Assembly (NCBI GenBank): GCA_021432655.1
Contig: MU271271.1
Coordinates: 1-64,000 of the forward strand
Direction of reading: 5' to 3'
Source of the DNA: Atractiella rhizophila
Lineage: Eukaryota
Length of the DNA: 64,000 bases
This document shows positions 13,491-26,516 of this stretch, piece after piece. The notes under the pieces were generated by a model. That model saw only the letters and a list, made by a program, of their open reading frames with translations. It was not told the DNA's origin and made no database searches. Position 1 is the first letter of the stretch. Each line of letters begins with the position of its first letter. Position numbers and translations under genes: made by a program.

Positions 13491-14521
13491 AGATAACAAG
13501 AATTCACAGAGGCTTCTTCGCATTTGATGTATCCTCCAGAATGGAAGGATGGTATTCGGAAGTTCCTTCATAGCCTAATTCAAAAGAGGGCTTAAGTATT
13601 TGGAACTCGCAACGCAAACAGAAAAATTGTTTCCTACCACAATCTTGCCATACCCAATATTGTAGAATCGTTTTGTGTTTACATGGGTTCAGTCGAGTTG
13701 TGTGAGATCTAATGGGATGGAGGCCTATCAACGTGGAAAAGCAGGTGTGCCGCCTCTTCCGTCTTTCTGTTCAACCTCAGATCTGTTGGGGTCAATTTCT
13801 CGTTCCTTCTTCGAAGATAATTCCTCTTTTCATGTAGCAAAGATGCTTCATGCCTTATGTCATTCCACAGAACCTTACAATTAGTTGCCCCAATATACAC
13901 AAACTCAGAACACAGGAGGAAAGAACTCGCGGAGGAAGCAAAATCTAAAAAGCACGAACTGCCAAACACGGGTTATCGCAGTACACACTGGGAGTAATAG
14001 GGGTCTGCAATTCCTTTCATGAACACAACCCAGGAGCAATTGAGAAGTAATAGTGAATATGGCTGACGTTCACGCTGGGCTCCGAGTCTGCCTCCTAAGA
14101 ACAACTCGAATTAGTTCATTCAATCGACGAAATTACGGATGAGTTGGAGGTGATCGAAGGATCGAATCGGTTGCATTATGGAACATTTGCAGAGGGTGCA
14201 AGGAAATGCAGGGATGGAAATAATAGCTCCGGATCTTTTGTCTAGTGTTCCCCAATCACGTATAAACGAATGTGAGTAAACTAAAGATATTTGATTGGGG
14301 AAAACAGGAAGCAAAACCAAGAGCCATGTTTACTATCATAAGTCCGGGCTGGCGGTGAAGTGCACATGTTTGGCACGGCATCTGGAACGAAACGATCAAG
14401 ATTGGTGTTGGCACATCTCTCCTCTCCATTGTATCATTGATCTCCAACAGATGGTTGATACCAAAACTCTAGGGCTTACTGAGTGGAAGACTCCGCTCCC
14501 TCTTCTACGGCATCAGGATCA
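13491..14521. repeat. Composite copy of 657-1240 joined directly to ~1718-2181
   Basis: Junction caggagcaattgaGAAgtaatagtgaa fuses the two segments through a shared GAA, omitting ~480 bp. Confidence 0.88.
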
Positions 14522-15399
14522 AGAAGTGACGCGTTTTCTTTCAATTTCTATACGTTTTTGCCTTGCTTCAAACGTTTGACATACGCTGATAACACTTCTT
14601 ATTCCTTAGATTCCTTCAAACACTCATTTTGTACTTTCGGCCCATCTCGGTTCGCCTTCTCACAGACAACTTCCAACTCGTTTGTCTTACGTTTATGCAA
14701 GGAACCCTCATCCCAATCGAGCCGATAATACGTCAAGAGAGTAGTGGAGCAGCAGACCGGGTATTGGTGATGAGCAGTTGAAGGTTAGTACCTTCATTCT
14801 TGTGTCATGTCAGTACCTTCGTCGTCTTCTTCCTCTAACTCGGGTGTAGGCTTCATTTGTAGCAATCGAGATGTTCAAGCGAGTTTTGTACAAGGACTTG
14901 GAGGACGCAAAGCGCAAGAGGAAGCTCCGACGGCGATGCGCAAGAAACTGTACCAAGGTTTGTCCTCTTCATTTTCATTGTGGTTTAATGTTGTCTTCTT
15001 CTAATTACTCGTTACTCGGGCATGCAGATCGTTATTGTGCCTTGGAAAGGAGTCGGAGTGGAAGCAGGATAGAGGCAGCAGAAGGCGGACGAGGGGGCGC
15101 GCGAACGGCGGAAAGGCGAAGGCGAAGGCGTCGTATTAGCAGATTGCTAAAGCAGGCTCCGTTCGTGCTCTCTTGCTTGTCTTCCTTCGACTTACTTGCT
15201 TTGTTTGTGGCTAGGCTCATAGCCTGTGTCTAGAGGGAACCAGGGATTCACACAACATCGGGTTGCAATTATCATTTCTCTTTTTATAACAATATTTCTG
15301 CGAGAATATGTGAGCAAGAGCGGCGATTTTGAGAATACCGTGCCCGGTAATCAAATAAGGAGTCCCTGTGAGAATATCGAACAGAAACTGGGTGAGATG

Positions 15400-15645
15400 G
15401 TAAAATAATTGGTTATTTACCTGTTGAAGTCCAGTCTGAACACAAGTAAATAACCAGTCTGGAGCACTGGAAACCGAGGTGCGGTCCTTTCATCCCCGCT
15501 CCACTCTCTCTGGTAATTTACCAGTCCTCCCTTTTGAATTACCTGGATTGCCACCTGGTATTCTTGCAACTTCACCGGAGTGGACTCTGGTAAAAAAACC
15601 AGACCTGGTAATCCTTCAAAAAACTGGCCTGGACTTTCCACAGGG
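15400..15645. mobile_element. Putative DNA-transposon terminus with subterminal repeats
   Basis: Dense ctgg(taa)/(tta)ccag motifs in both orientations and a perfect hairpin ctggtaa-t-ttaccag (15510-15524). It ends ...ttccacaggg exactly where identity to 4209 begins. Confidence 0.45.
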
Positions 15646-16511
15646 ATTTGCCTCGATCTGACGACTCATTGCCTTATTCTACCGCATGAAGGAGGAAGAT
15701 GAATTTGACACCACTTCTTCCCTTCCTTTGAATGACGACCGACATGTGAGAGTGATTCAAGATGCTGCCCGCAGTAGGAGTGCTTCGTAGCCATTCTGAA
15801 CTCTTCCTTGACCTGCGGAGGTGAGTTACGAGGAGAAAGATTGTCGGTACCGTCGTGCGGCTTGGAGTGCAGAGGGTCGAGGCGGAGTACTGGGGATGGA
15901 AAACGAGAGGAGACGGATGCGATGGGGCATGCCAAGACGAAGGGAGGATGGACGGCGGAAGACGGGATCGGTAAGTAACACACCTGAAACAGCATTCTTT
16001 ATTCCCGGACAGCGGAACTTGAAGCAACAGTAGGAGTCTTGCTGTAACCTAGAATCACGCGGAGGGGAGAGTATCCAATGAGCAATGCAGGTGCAATCCA
16101 ACTTTTTCCTTAAGCTTGCTTCAACTCTGTCCCAACGTCCGTTCCTCATATCCATGGCTTGAATCTCTTTACTCACTGTCATTCATTTCACAGACAGTTA
16201 AACGCTAATCGATAATCCTCCGTGCTGAACATTAGTGCGTATCCTGTGCCTCCGAGTTCTCTGCATCGAGCCTTCCATCGCTCAACATTATATCACGGTC
16301 AGGTCTCTGCTAGGACGCTTCCATTAGCGGTCTCACGGTTTCCATCTCCCTCCACTGCACCGCGAACTATCGAGATGAATATTGCTCTGTTGAGTGATGA
16401 TGTAAAGCAGGCACGAATTGATCTCTTTGGCTTGCTCCCAACTGACATAGGTTACGAGATCTAGTTTGATAACTCTCCTCAGAAGTCTGTCGAGCAGCAA
16501 TTACCTACTTC

Positions 16512-18192
16512 ATGTCACGGCCCTCAGGAACCAAACTCGACAGTACTGGTCCATACCATCACCCCAGGAGACTACCGTTACAGCCGTTCGATCCACCTCT
16601 CCATTCTTCCCTCTTTCCTCTCTCGCCTACCTCCGTCAATTAAAGCGCTCCGGATTTCTTTCGTCTTCTGTCACTCATTCGCGAATTGGGTAGCTGCATA
16701 CGTATCCTCGAAATTAACATATTTATCACTGGAATCTTTCGAGAATGCAGTCGAGAACGATGACGGGACTAATTTTTGCCTCACCATCAACTGGGAACAC
16801 GTCACGGTAACAATTCTGGGGGTCGGATGGCACACGTCGACTGTCGAAAATGATGTTCAAGCAGACGAGGCTTCAGAAGTCGGATCACAAGTTTCTTATG
16901 ATGAGTCAGTCGGAGGTACCAAACCTCCATCTTCTCTTGACGACTCATGTACACGCACCTTTCCTCTGCTTCCAGACAATGCCATCTTCACTCCCATGGC
17001 CATATTCTCTGAAGACGAGGGGCACTTTGTACCTGTCTATGACCATAAATCGCTAGCGCTCACATCCTTCCATGCAGACGCGTCGATCATCATCCAACTC
17101 TCGCTCCCCCAACCTCCAGAGGCTATCACATGGTCCATCTCAAGTTTGCCTGTCGAGATCCTCTCTGCCGTATTCAGTTTCGTCGAAGGCACTTCCGTCC
17201 TCACCGCAGTCTGCCGCCTGTGGAGGGTCATTTCAGTGCCTTACTGGAGTGCGAATGTTTCTGCGGCTAAGCTGCATAATCGCTTGAAACTCAATCCTAG
17301 TGCCGGACGTCTATGGAGAACACTAATTATTAGAGAAAGCATCAGCATTGCGATGCTGAAGGAGGTCATTGCGAGCTCACCGAATGTTACAAAAGTGGAA
17401 GTGAAGGCATTTTGGAATGAAGAGGACGCGAAAGTTGTGTTGAATGCGATGGCAGGCTTGAAACGGGTGGATGGGGTAATCTTTGGAAAGGGTTCGAGAA
17501 GGTGGAGAACGGAGGAGGTCGAGAACTTTGTGCAGAGGACTGGTGACAGGATCACATTACTCCAGGCTTACAATGTGGAAGACTCGGCTCCTTCGGCATC
17601 AGCAGGTCTTTCATTACCTCCTGCTCTAGAATATCTAGACCTTCAATTGTACCCGGCTCTCCCACCATTCTCCCTCCCAAACACTCTCAAAACCCTGATT
17701 CTCTCCAAAATCTGCCCACTCCCTCCATCGTTCTCAGACCACCCTTTGCCACCTCTTCTGGAAGTGCTCGCAATCGAGCTTGTCCCCTTCTCTTCTGGTC
17801 GAAAAACCTCCATCTTACCCAATCCACTCGACCTATCACACCTCACCTATCTCGTCCAGCTCATCCTCGACGGCGGTGAAGAAACTTCAAACCTCATTTC
17901 CCGCAACTTCTTCAGTACTCTTAAAAATGCAAGGGCGATAAGCGATATTACACTCCGGTACTGTGTGGTGGACTCGTTCAGTTTCCCAGACTTCATCCAT
18001 TGGTTCTTTGGGGATTGGCAGGTGAGGGGAGCCAAGAAGGAGGATCAGGTTGATGGCAACAGGATGGGGAAGATTCTTGTTGTTTGTTTATTCTTTGGGG
18101 AGTGGCACCCGGAAGAGGTTGCGATTTCGAGAAGGATGATAGGAGAGTACACTCGAAGCAAGTCGTCAGGAGTTTGGGAGTCTGGGGACTGA
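16512..18192 (+). CDS. F-box-like protein with LRR-like C-terminus (expanded family)
   Basis: SSLPVEILSAVFSFV..LTAVCRLWRVI F-box-like motif. The frame is open upstream of ATG 16996 to ~16693 (SSKLTYLSLESFENAV, matching the 39-40 kb paralog). The first exon and start are inferred from the paralog. Confidence 0.75.
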
Positions 18193-19457
18193 GAGAACTT
18201 GGGTACGGCATGGTTAGGGATGGGACATGCTGAGGGGAGAATGGTGAAACATCACAGACGAGTACTGGGAGAAGCGAGAGGAGGTAGAAGTTCAGGAGAA
18301 TGGAGAATGGAGAATGGAGAGACGCACGAGCGAGCGAGGGAGTGGTTGACGGAAATGAAAAGGGAAGAGAGGAGCAGAGGAGAAGGATCCTAGTGTGAGG
18401 TTCGGACGTCATGCTTGAGCTTGGATATCAACCCTCTCTCTGACTTGACTTCTGCTTCCATTCAGGACAATGGGAGACCACACAGAGAGCAGAGTCTCGG
18501 GGATTTTGAAGCCGTAGCCAGGCCAGGCTGGGAGGGTTCCACTAGGGAGTGACCGGAAGCTCAGACTGCAGACTCGAACTTCTCCGCTTCCTCCCAACCG
18601 TGAAGATTTCTTGGTGCATCAACTCAATCTACTTGCCTTTGCAGTGCAGTATCAATGGAGATTTCCGGTATGGAAGCATTCTTTCCTAGCCAACCAACTT
18701 ATGTTCCAAGTCAGCCTCCATCGCTTGAATCGTTTCATTCATCGACAGAGGTTCTTTAACATCTCCTCCAACTTCCTACGCACGCCAGAGTCAGAGAAGG
18801 TATTTTCCAAAGTACTTCCACCGCCCACCAAAGGAACAATCCGACTAACGTCGCCATTCCGTCACAGAAGGTTCGTTTCGTGCGATCTGGTTAAAGTGGT
18901 CTAAATTTCGTCGGCTGGCCAAGCAGCATTCCTGATATTGAACAAGGGTACAGATGGATCGCTTTCTGAGAAAAAACTGCCGTCTGTGTAATCCTCGGTT
19001 AGATACAAAGATAAGGACCAAAGAGATAGATTAAATCTTGCCTGCCTTGCATGCTCACTGGCGTAGGACGACTCAGCTTATGAAGTACTGAAGGCCGTTC
19101 GTGAACATGGATTGATAGAACAGGCCCATGTGTCAGAGGGGACAGAGGTAGGTCACTTGACACTGTACTTCAAAGTTTTAGATTTGATGAGATGGTTGTT
19201 GGGCTTCAGTGACCATGAGATGGACGACGATTGATAAACCGGCCTGCATCAATTACCTCATCTTTGAGTTAGCGAAAGTACAATAATGTCAACAAGTTTG
19301 AGGGAAGTATACAAGCAAATTCTACTTTCGCGTCGCAGTTGCAATTACCTTTTGTGCATTTGTATACAATTGTTGAACAGATTCACGAACAGAGACTATA
19401 AACAAACAAGTCTTCCAACTTTTGAAGAAATAATCGTGAGAACCACTATCAAAATGT

Positions 19458-22400
19458 TCAATCGTCGACCTCTTCAATGACCATTTCGTCGTCTCCATCT
19501 TCGTCCACATCCATATCCGTCGGAGAATGATTGGGGATAATCACCAGTCGGTTGGCTCTCGTATCGCACGTCACTTTCGCTGTTTCCCCATCGAGGATTG
19601 ACCCATCAATGAGGAAGCGGGCGAGCGGGTTGAGGAGTTCATTTTGGATCGAACGGTTCAGCGGGCGCGCTGTAAAACAATGTCTATGTTAGATATTGAA
19701 CGCGAAAGTAAGATATGGAGAACTCACCTCCATACACAGGATTGTAACCATGCGAAGCCAAATAGTCCTTCGCGGCATCATCCACCTCGATTGTCACATT
19801 CCTTCCGTTCGATATCAACCTCTTCTGCACTTCTTGCAGCCTCACGTCGACTATCGACCTCACTTCGTTCCTCGACAGCTTGTTGAAGATGATGATGGAA
19901 TCCAGACGATTGATGAACTCTGGCGCAAAGTGAGCCCGTATGGCTCCATTCACCAGTTCCTTGACATGCCGGGGAACGGCTTCCCCATTCACTTCGTAAT
20001 CATTCAGGAATTGAGCGCCGAGATTGGAGGTCATGCAGATGACTGTGTTTCTAAAGTTGACGACCTGTCCGTAAACCCATACCAGTAAGCATATGTAACA
20101 ACTAAATTGAAGAATTGGTAAGAAGGAATACGTACCCTTCCCTGTCCATCCGTCAATCTGCCATCATCCAGGATCTGCAAAAAGATTGTGGTAAACTCCC
20201 TGCTAGCCTTCTCGACCTCATCGACGAGCACGATCGAATAAGGCTTCCTCCTGATCCACTCCGTCAACTGTCCGCCCTCCTCATGTCCGACATATCCGGG
20301 CGGACTACCAATCAGCCTCGAGATGGCATGCTTCTCTGAATATTCGCTCGCGTCGATCCGACAGATGGCGTCCTCGGAGTCAAACAGGAACTGAGCAAGC
20401 TTCTTCGTCAACAGTGTCTTACCAGTACCAGAGGGACCGCAGAAGAGGAACGAGGCGATAGGTCGGTTGTTGTTCGCAAGACCAGACCTGCTCAACCTGA
20501 TGGCATTCGAAACCGCCTACCCAACCCAACATGCAAGTAAGTGTCATATCTCATAAGAAAGAAGCAATATGGTATACCTTAATAGCCTCCGGTTGTCCGA
20601 TAACCGCCTTCCCCAGCTCCTTCTCCATCCTCAACAGCTTCTGCTTCTCCGTCGTCCTGAGTCGGCTAACCGGAATGCCCGTCCACTTCGCCACAATATC
20701 CGCAATCGCATCCGGTGTTACAGTATCTCCCGCCATCCCACCTCCCCTCTGCGCGTCCTCCGCCCTCTTCGCCTTCTCCAGCGACTCCATCTTCGCAGAC
20801 ACGTCAGGGATAGCATAATGTCTGAGGTCAGCTGCCTTCGCGAGGTCGTACCGTCTCTCGGCATCGTCAGCCTTCGCTCGCAACTCGTCCAACCGCTGTC
20901 GAAGTCGCTGGATCTCGTCCCCACGACTCTTTTCCGCTGCATAAGCGCTCTTCAGTGGTGTGAGTTCGTCGTCGATCTATCGCAATCAACACATAATTAA
21001 CGTCGCTATCCAATAACAATAGAGGTGTAACGCACCTTGGCGATGGAGGCATTGACCTCGTCGATTCGTTTCTTGATCTCCTCATCCTTCTTATTAAGTT
21101 TCAAATCCTTTTCGAGTGCGTGATGTTCGACCTCCAGCTGAATCTTTGCCCTCTCCAACTTATCTATCGCCTCTGGCTGACTGTCCCTCGTGACTCTGAC
21201 GGCAGCAGCAGCTTCATCAATCAACTGTGATCAGGTATCAGCACGCAGCCAACATATCAGCGAAAAAGAGAGTGACTGACATCGATAGCGCTATCCGGGA
21301 GCTTTCGACTCGTCAAATACCGATGTGCAAGTTGAGCAGCCGTGGTGATAGCCGCATCCTGTATATTGACGCCATGATGCACTTCGTATTTCTCCCTGAT
21401 GCCCCTCAAGATAGAGATTGTCTCAGGGACCGTCGGTTCGTTTACTAGCACCTGTTGGAATCGACGTTCGAACGCTGCGTCCTTTTCGATGTATTTTCGG
21501 TACTCTGCGAGCGTCGTCGCGCCGATCATTCTCAACTGACCTCTCGCGAGCTGTAAATATCACATATGAATCAATACCCCTGCAATGAAGGAGAGAGAAG
21601 GGCGACATGACATACCATGGGCTTGAGAAGGTTGGCAGCATCCATCCCTCCTCCGCTATCCTTGCCGGCCATGATGAGGTGCAACTCATCTACGAAGAGT
21701 ATGATTGACGTCTCGCTCTTCTCGATCTCCTGCAAGACGCTCTTCACTCGCTCTTCATATTGTCCTTTGTACGATGCGCCAGCCATGAGAGCTCCCATGT
21801 CGAGGGAGAAAATCTTGCCAAGCAGGTTCGCTGGTACATCTGTTCACATCGGACCCAACAGTTGTCAGTTTCGTAAAAGAGTCGACAGTAAGGCGAAACG
21901 AACCTCGATTAATGACTCTCTGTGCGAGACCCTCGACCACAGCAGTCTTCCCCACTCCGGGCTCACCAATGAGAACCGGATTATTCTTCGTCCTCCTACT
22001 CAAAATCCTTATCACCCTCCGAATTTCATTATCCCTCCCAATGACCGGATCCAACTTTCCCTCCGCGGCAAGGGAGGTCAAATCAATAGCATACTTATTG
22101 AGCGCGTCAAAACCTTCCTCCGCCGTCTTAGTCTCCACCTTCCTCCCACCCCTCAACGCCTTCGTCGCCTTCTCCACCGCCTCCTTGCTCCCTCCTGCCT
22201 CCTGTAACGCTGAAAGGAAAGAATGATCGGACAACAGTCCGAGAACGATGTGATCCTGTGCGATGTACTCGTCCCCTTGCGCTTTTTGAGCCTTTTGTGC
22301 GGCTTTTAGGACTGAGATTGTATTTTGAGAGAATGCTGGATCTTCCTCGGGAGGAGGAGAGACGGATGGTAGGCGAACAAGGAGCCGGTTCAGAGAACGG

Positions 22401-22633
22401 GAGAGGAGAGAACTGTTCGCGCCGGATTTGGAGAGGATCGATGGGAGGACACCCCCCTCCTCGGAAAGGAGAGTGGAGGCGACGTGCACTGGCGCACATG
22501 TCGAGTGTGCATGTTCTTTCGCAAGGGAGATAGCGCTCCGAAGACTCTCGTTTGTCTGGATACTTGTTAGTCGCTATATTGGCAGTAAAAAGAGAATAGA
22601 CAATACCTTTTCTGTGAATTGGAAGTTGGACAT
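19458..22633 (-). CDS. HSP104: Hsp104/ClpB AAA+ disaggregase (multi-exon)
   Basis: MSNFQFTEK start, [66 protein letters not shown], acidic end EMVIEEVDD*. Confidence 0.96.
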
Positions 22634-22804
22634 CGATATGATCTACTGCTGAATGTTATGCTGATGAGTGATGTCAGTGGTATGCTGAGTGTTCTTACAG
22701 TAAATGGGTGGCTGACTGGATGGTGTGAGATGATTGGGTGATAATATAACAAGGTAACAAGGATTCGACAACAATCCAGCTCATTCGAGAGTTGCTTTTC
22801 TTTG

Positions 22805-22812
22805 TGACGTCA
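22805..22812. promoter_or_regulatory. CRE/ATF palindrome upstream of HSP104
   Basis: tgacgtca about 170 bp upstream of the ATG. Confidence 0.5.
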
Positions 22813-22830
22813 TATGAGGCAGAAAGTGCC

Positions 22831-22850
22831 AGAAGGTTCCGGAATTTTCT
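22831..22850. promoter_or_regulatory. Heat-shock element (four inverted nGAAn units)
   Basis: aGAAg gTTCc gGAAt tTTCt about 200 bp upstream of the HSP104 ATG. Confidence 0.85.
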
Positions 22851-23641
22851 GAATACTCAAAGTACCATGGGGAGTGGTATGGTGAAGAACCAGGAAGAAC
22901 TGATGATACGAGTCGATACGAGACGGAATACTTAGAATGGGGCTCAATTAAGCAATGTCGTACGCTTTCCTCTTTCAATCAATCGATGTGGTATAAGGTC
23001 ATGGTCGCATTGATATCCTTTCGCACGCTTGTATAAAGTGAAGGCCCTAGGTGGTCCGCTGGGTTGAGGTGGTCCCCCTACTGGTCCACCTCATTGTGAT
23101 TCCTTTCAGACCGCTCAAAAAGCGAGTGTCACAGATAACTGCACATCAGAGAGCTTTGCTTGCCAACTAATAAGGTACTTACAGAAAGCTTGGGGAGAGA
23201 TCGACCTTTACATGTATGCCGCATAAAGCCCAGTTCTTAGTCCGTCTCTGGGACGTATAAAGCCCCATCACCACCGGTCACCTGCAAAAGTTCGTCCATC
23301 GTGCATCTTGACGTGAGAAAGCTAACGGCTCCACTCCCTTTTCTTCTTTCAAACATTCATACCATCTGTGAAAGTAAAGGATCGTGACAATATTCTACCA
23401 CTGTAAGAGAATGTCTCTCTACAAACTGTAAAGGCTGCGCTTTTCCAAATTGAGCGATCGCTTTGCGCTTCCTCAGGGGCTGACACACTTCATGGCGCAA
23501 CTTGTCCTGCAGGAACAGACATGGAGCAAGTGGAGCAAATGGAAGTAGCGGCGTCGTCAGGAATTTCTCACTGACAATACTGGAAGTAGAAGCAGACTGG
23601 CGTAAAGCCGTGAGAACGATGTAGATCACCCCGGGAAACTG

Positions 23642-25422
23642 GTGGGGATAAATGCCTGTGAACAACTCCCTCCCAGCCACGGAGACTTCTGGTGGCGCGA
23701 ATCCAGAGAGATGGCCAGCTTGATTGGTCTTCTATTCCGCTGTGAACCTGACTCTAAACAACAATTACATTCCATCCAAGTTTCTTCTAGCAGGAGAGCG
23801 GCTATTTACCGCGACTCTAATTTCTTCAAAAATGTCTCCGTTGACAAATTTATGGGTGTAATGGATACATGTTTTGAGACGGACATCGACCAGTTTGACC
23901 GTTCGGCACCATTCGACGCCGCAAAACTCAATCTTCAGCCTCTTGATCACATTCCCGATGCCGAATCGATAGTCCACAGTATGTTCCTCTTCGAAAAATG
24001 GGAGGATCGCCCTTTTTGTACTCTTCCCGACGAGCTTGTACACCTTTGCCTCAGCTTGACGATCACCTACGAAGAATCTCGTCTCGGTCATCGTACGCTT
24101 TCCGGCTTTGTTCGCCTTCAAGGCATTCGACAAACATGCAGAAGGTTCTCAAGAATCGGTTTGGATATCCAATGCTCAATCCTTGGATCGGACATTACCG
24201 ACTGGACGCTTGGTCCTTCAGGCTGTCGACTGATAATACAATGGAATCAGGCAGAAGTGAAACGATTCGACATTGCTATGTTCTTTCAAAGGCTAGCCTC
24301 ACCATCCCTTCCGAAGAACAGACCTGTTTAATGACCCTCTCTACTCTAAACAGGTATCCTCGCATGGTGACCGCCCATTTGCAAAAATTATGCGTTGACG
24401 AACAGAACATTCGCCCCGGCAGTTGGTCAACTATCATCGACGTCCTTTCACATGCCACCAGGCTCAATTTCCTCAGGATCGAGGCCGATCCCCCCAGAAT
24501 CCCAAAGAGGAAACGAAAACTTTTGGACGCTATTGGAGCCTTGTCGCGGCTCAGACGCCTCAATATTTTTGCTCCTATCGCCTCTAGCCCTCGACTGCGC
24601 CCAAGATGGTGCCTTGAAGACCTCCTCTATCTCATAAAAAGGGCGCAGGCAGGATGGAATCCGGATATTCTGGCTCTTGACGGATGGGATTTCGAGGAGC
24701 AAATACCCTTAGATATCTCCGGTCAACAAAGCCACAACATTGGGAAGCTCGTCCTTCATTCATGCCGAGGAGCGAGGGTGTCCACCTTGAACCAGTTACT
24801 CGAGAGCATATTCTCTCAGGACGGAACCGGCTTCGGTTTCTCAACTTTCAACGAAGGTACTGAGTACGACTCCATCATTTCAAGCGTCATCCGAAAACGA
24901 TCACAGTCCCTACAATTCCTTTCTGTCGAAGTTCGTCCAATGTACAGGTTACAAAAAGAACCGCAGATGTACCGCTTTTCAAATCACTTGGACGACGCAG
25001 TAACTGCCTGTAATTCGCTCTCCGTCCTCGGACTTGACGGTGGTCACGAATGGTCTGGTCTGCTCAGTCCCAACTTTCTCGATACTCTAGACTGTCCAAA
25101 TCTCGTACAATTAGCTCTGATGGGCTGTTACATCGATCTCTCTTCCCTCTTCTCGTTTCTTTCCAAACAAACGCGTAGAGGTAACCAAAAGCTTGTCATC
25201 GAATTTCACGCATTTTTCGGCGACTATCACGATCTCTTCCTGACAATGCACCGTAACGTTTGCCAGATTGTTGGAATGGAAGAGAATGCGCCGGAAAGCC
25301 AGTTTTGCCTCAATCCCATTTGCGTTGGTGAAGAGCTTGCTTTGGAATCGCAGTACTTTGATGTGTACCTTCTTGAGGGTGACTTGCCCGTTCGTAGAAC
25401 TCCGTTTTACTCTGATAAATAA
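23642..25422 (+). CDS. Divergent F-box-like/LRR-like protein
   Basis: FCTLPDELVHLCL..IRQTCRRFSRIG, then LGLDGGHEWSGLLS..FLDTL and FHAFFGDY resembling family motifs. The two ORFs are probably joined by an intron near 24290-24353. Start uncertain. Confidence 0.6.
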
Positions 25423-25723
25423 TGTTTCCTAGTCCTAAAGTTCCTCAACATGCCCATTGAAGCAAATGTAATCATGCTGCGAATAGAGTACGCATTATTT
25501 GATAACTGGTTTGTGGCGCACTGTTGAGTTTTTTTGAACTCGAATAACAACGATATATTCGAATAGGCCAAACATGAAGGTTTACTTCACGCTGGGTCAA
25601 GTAGTAGGATTCTCTGTAGCCCGCAAATGTTTATCGACTTTGCGGTATGTGGACTCCGGCGATTTGGGAACAAATGCTGGGATGTACTCTGCTCAAATGA
25701 ATCCATGTACATACTCTATACAA

Positions 25724-25915
25724 CTATTCCATCCAAGCCTCGAGCGAGTTCTCGTCCTTCCAGTCGGCAGCCTCATACTTCAATAGCTTCTTTGGTGGCC
25801 AACTAATCCTGTCGATGCTCACAGGTACTTCTTCCACCTCCACCGCCTCGTCTTCCAAGTCCCATTCACGCTGTGGCCGCAGGCTGAGCTGTACTGGTGC
25901 AAAAGTTGTAGTCAT
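25724..25915 (-). pseudogene. Short relic similar to the N-terminal region of the adjacent kinase
   Basis: PPKKLLKYEAADWKDE versus LPVELMTYKAADWKDD in the kinase. Confidence 0.5.
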
Positions 25916-26516
25916 TTAAACAAAGCTACAGAGCAACGTGCATCGAGACGCATATTGGTCAACCAATAATCAATATAAATCAAATCGTTGCGTATCTGTC
26001 GGTATAATTAGTAGGTGGACTTTGAGCAAATGAAATATCAAAGAACGAATGATCTCTTCACCCCCCATTTCTCACTTTCCGTCCCTCCTGCCATGGCCTG
26101 CCACGACTCACACCCATTCACATCATCCACCTCACCCATCGATGGCCATACTGTACCAGTAGTGGGAGCTGGATGTGAAGGAACTGGGTCTGACCCTCCC
26201 TCCTCTCTAAATGTACCGCCAGAAACGCGAGAATCTATAGTGCAGGCCCATAATGCATAATATGCTCAATTGAGAGGGTGTGGAGCGGATACTGCCGCTT
26301 GAAAGGCGAAATTGTCTATAACTGAAATTATTGTAACGTTGTATTTTACATGATGCAATAAATACAAGCAATATTGTTGGACTCTACTTGTGCACGTGCG
26401 TTGGGAAACAACTCAAAAAGTCCGTTTGTACGATAGCGATTTCCAAGGCAGAACGCTTCAGAAGGATCATTTTAGTGGACGTTACATCTCGTTCAGCTGT
26501 TCGAGACAAAGCCAAC

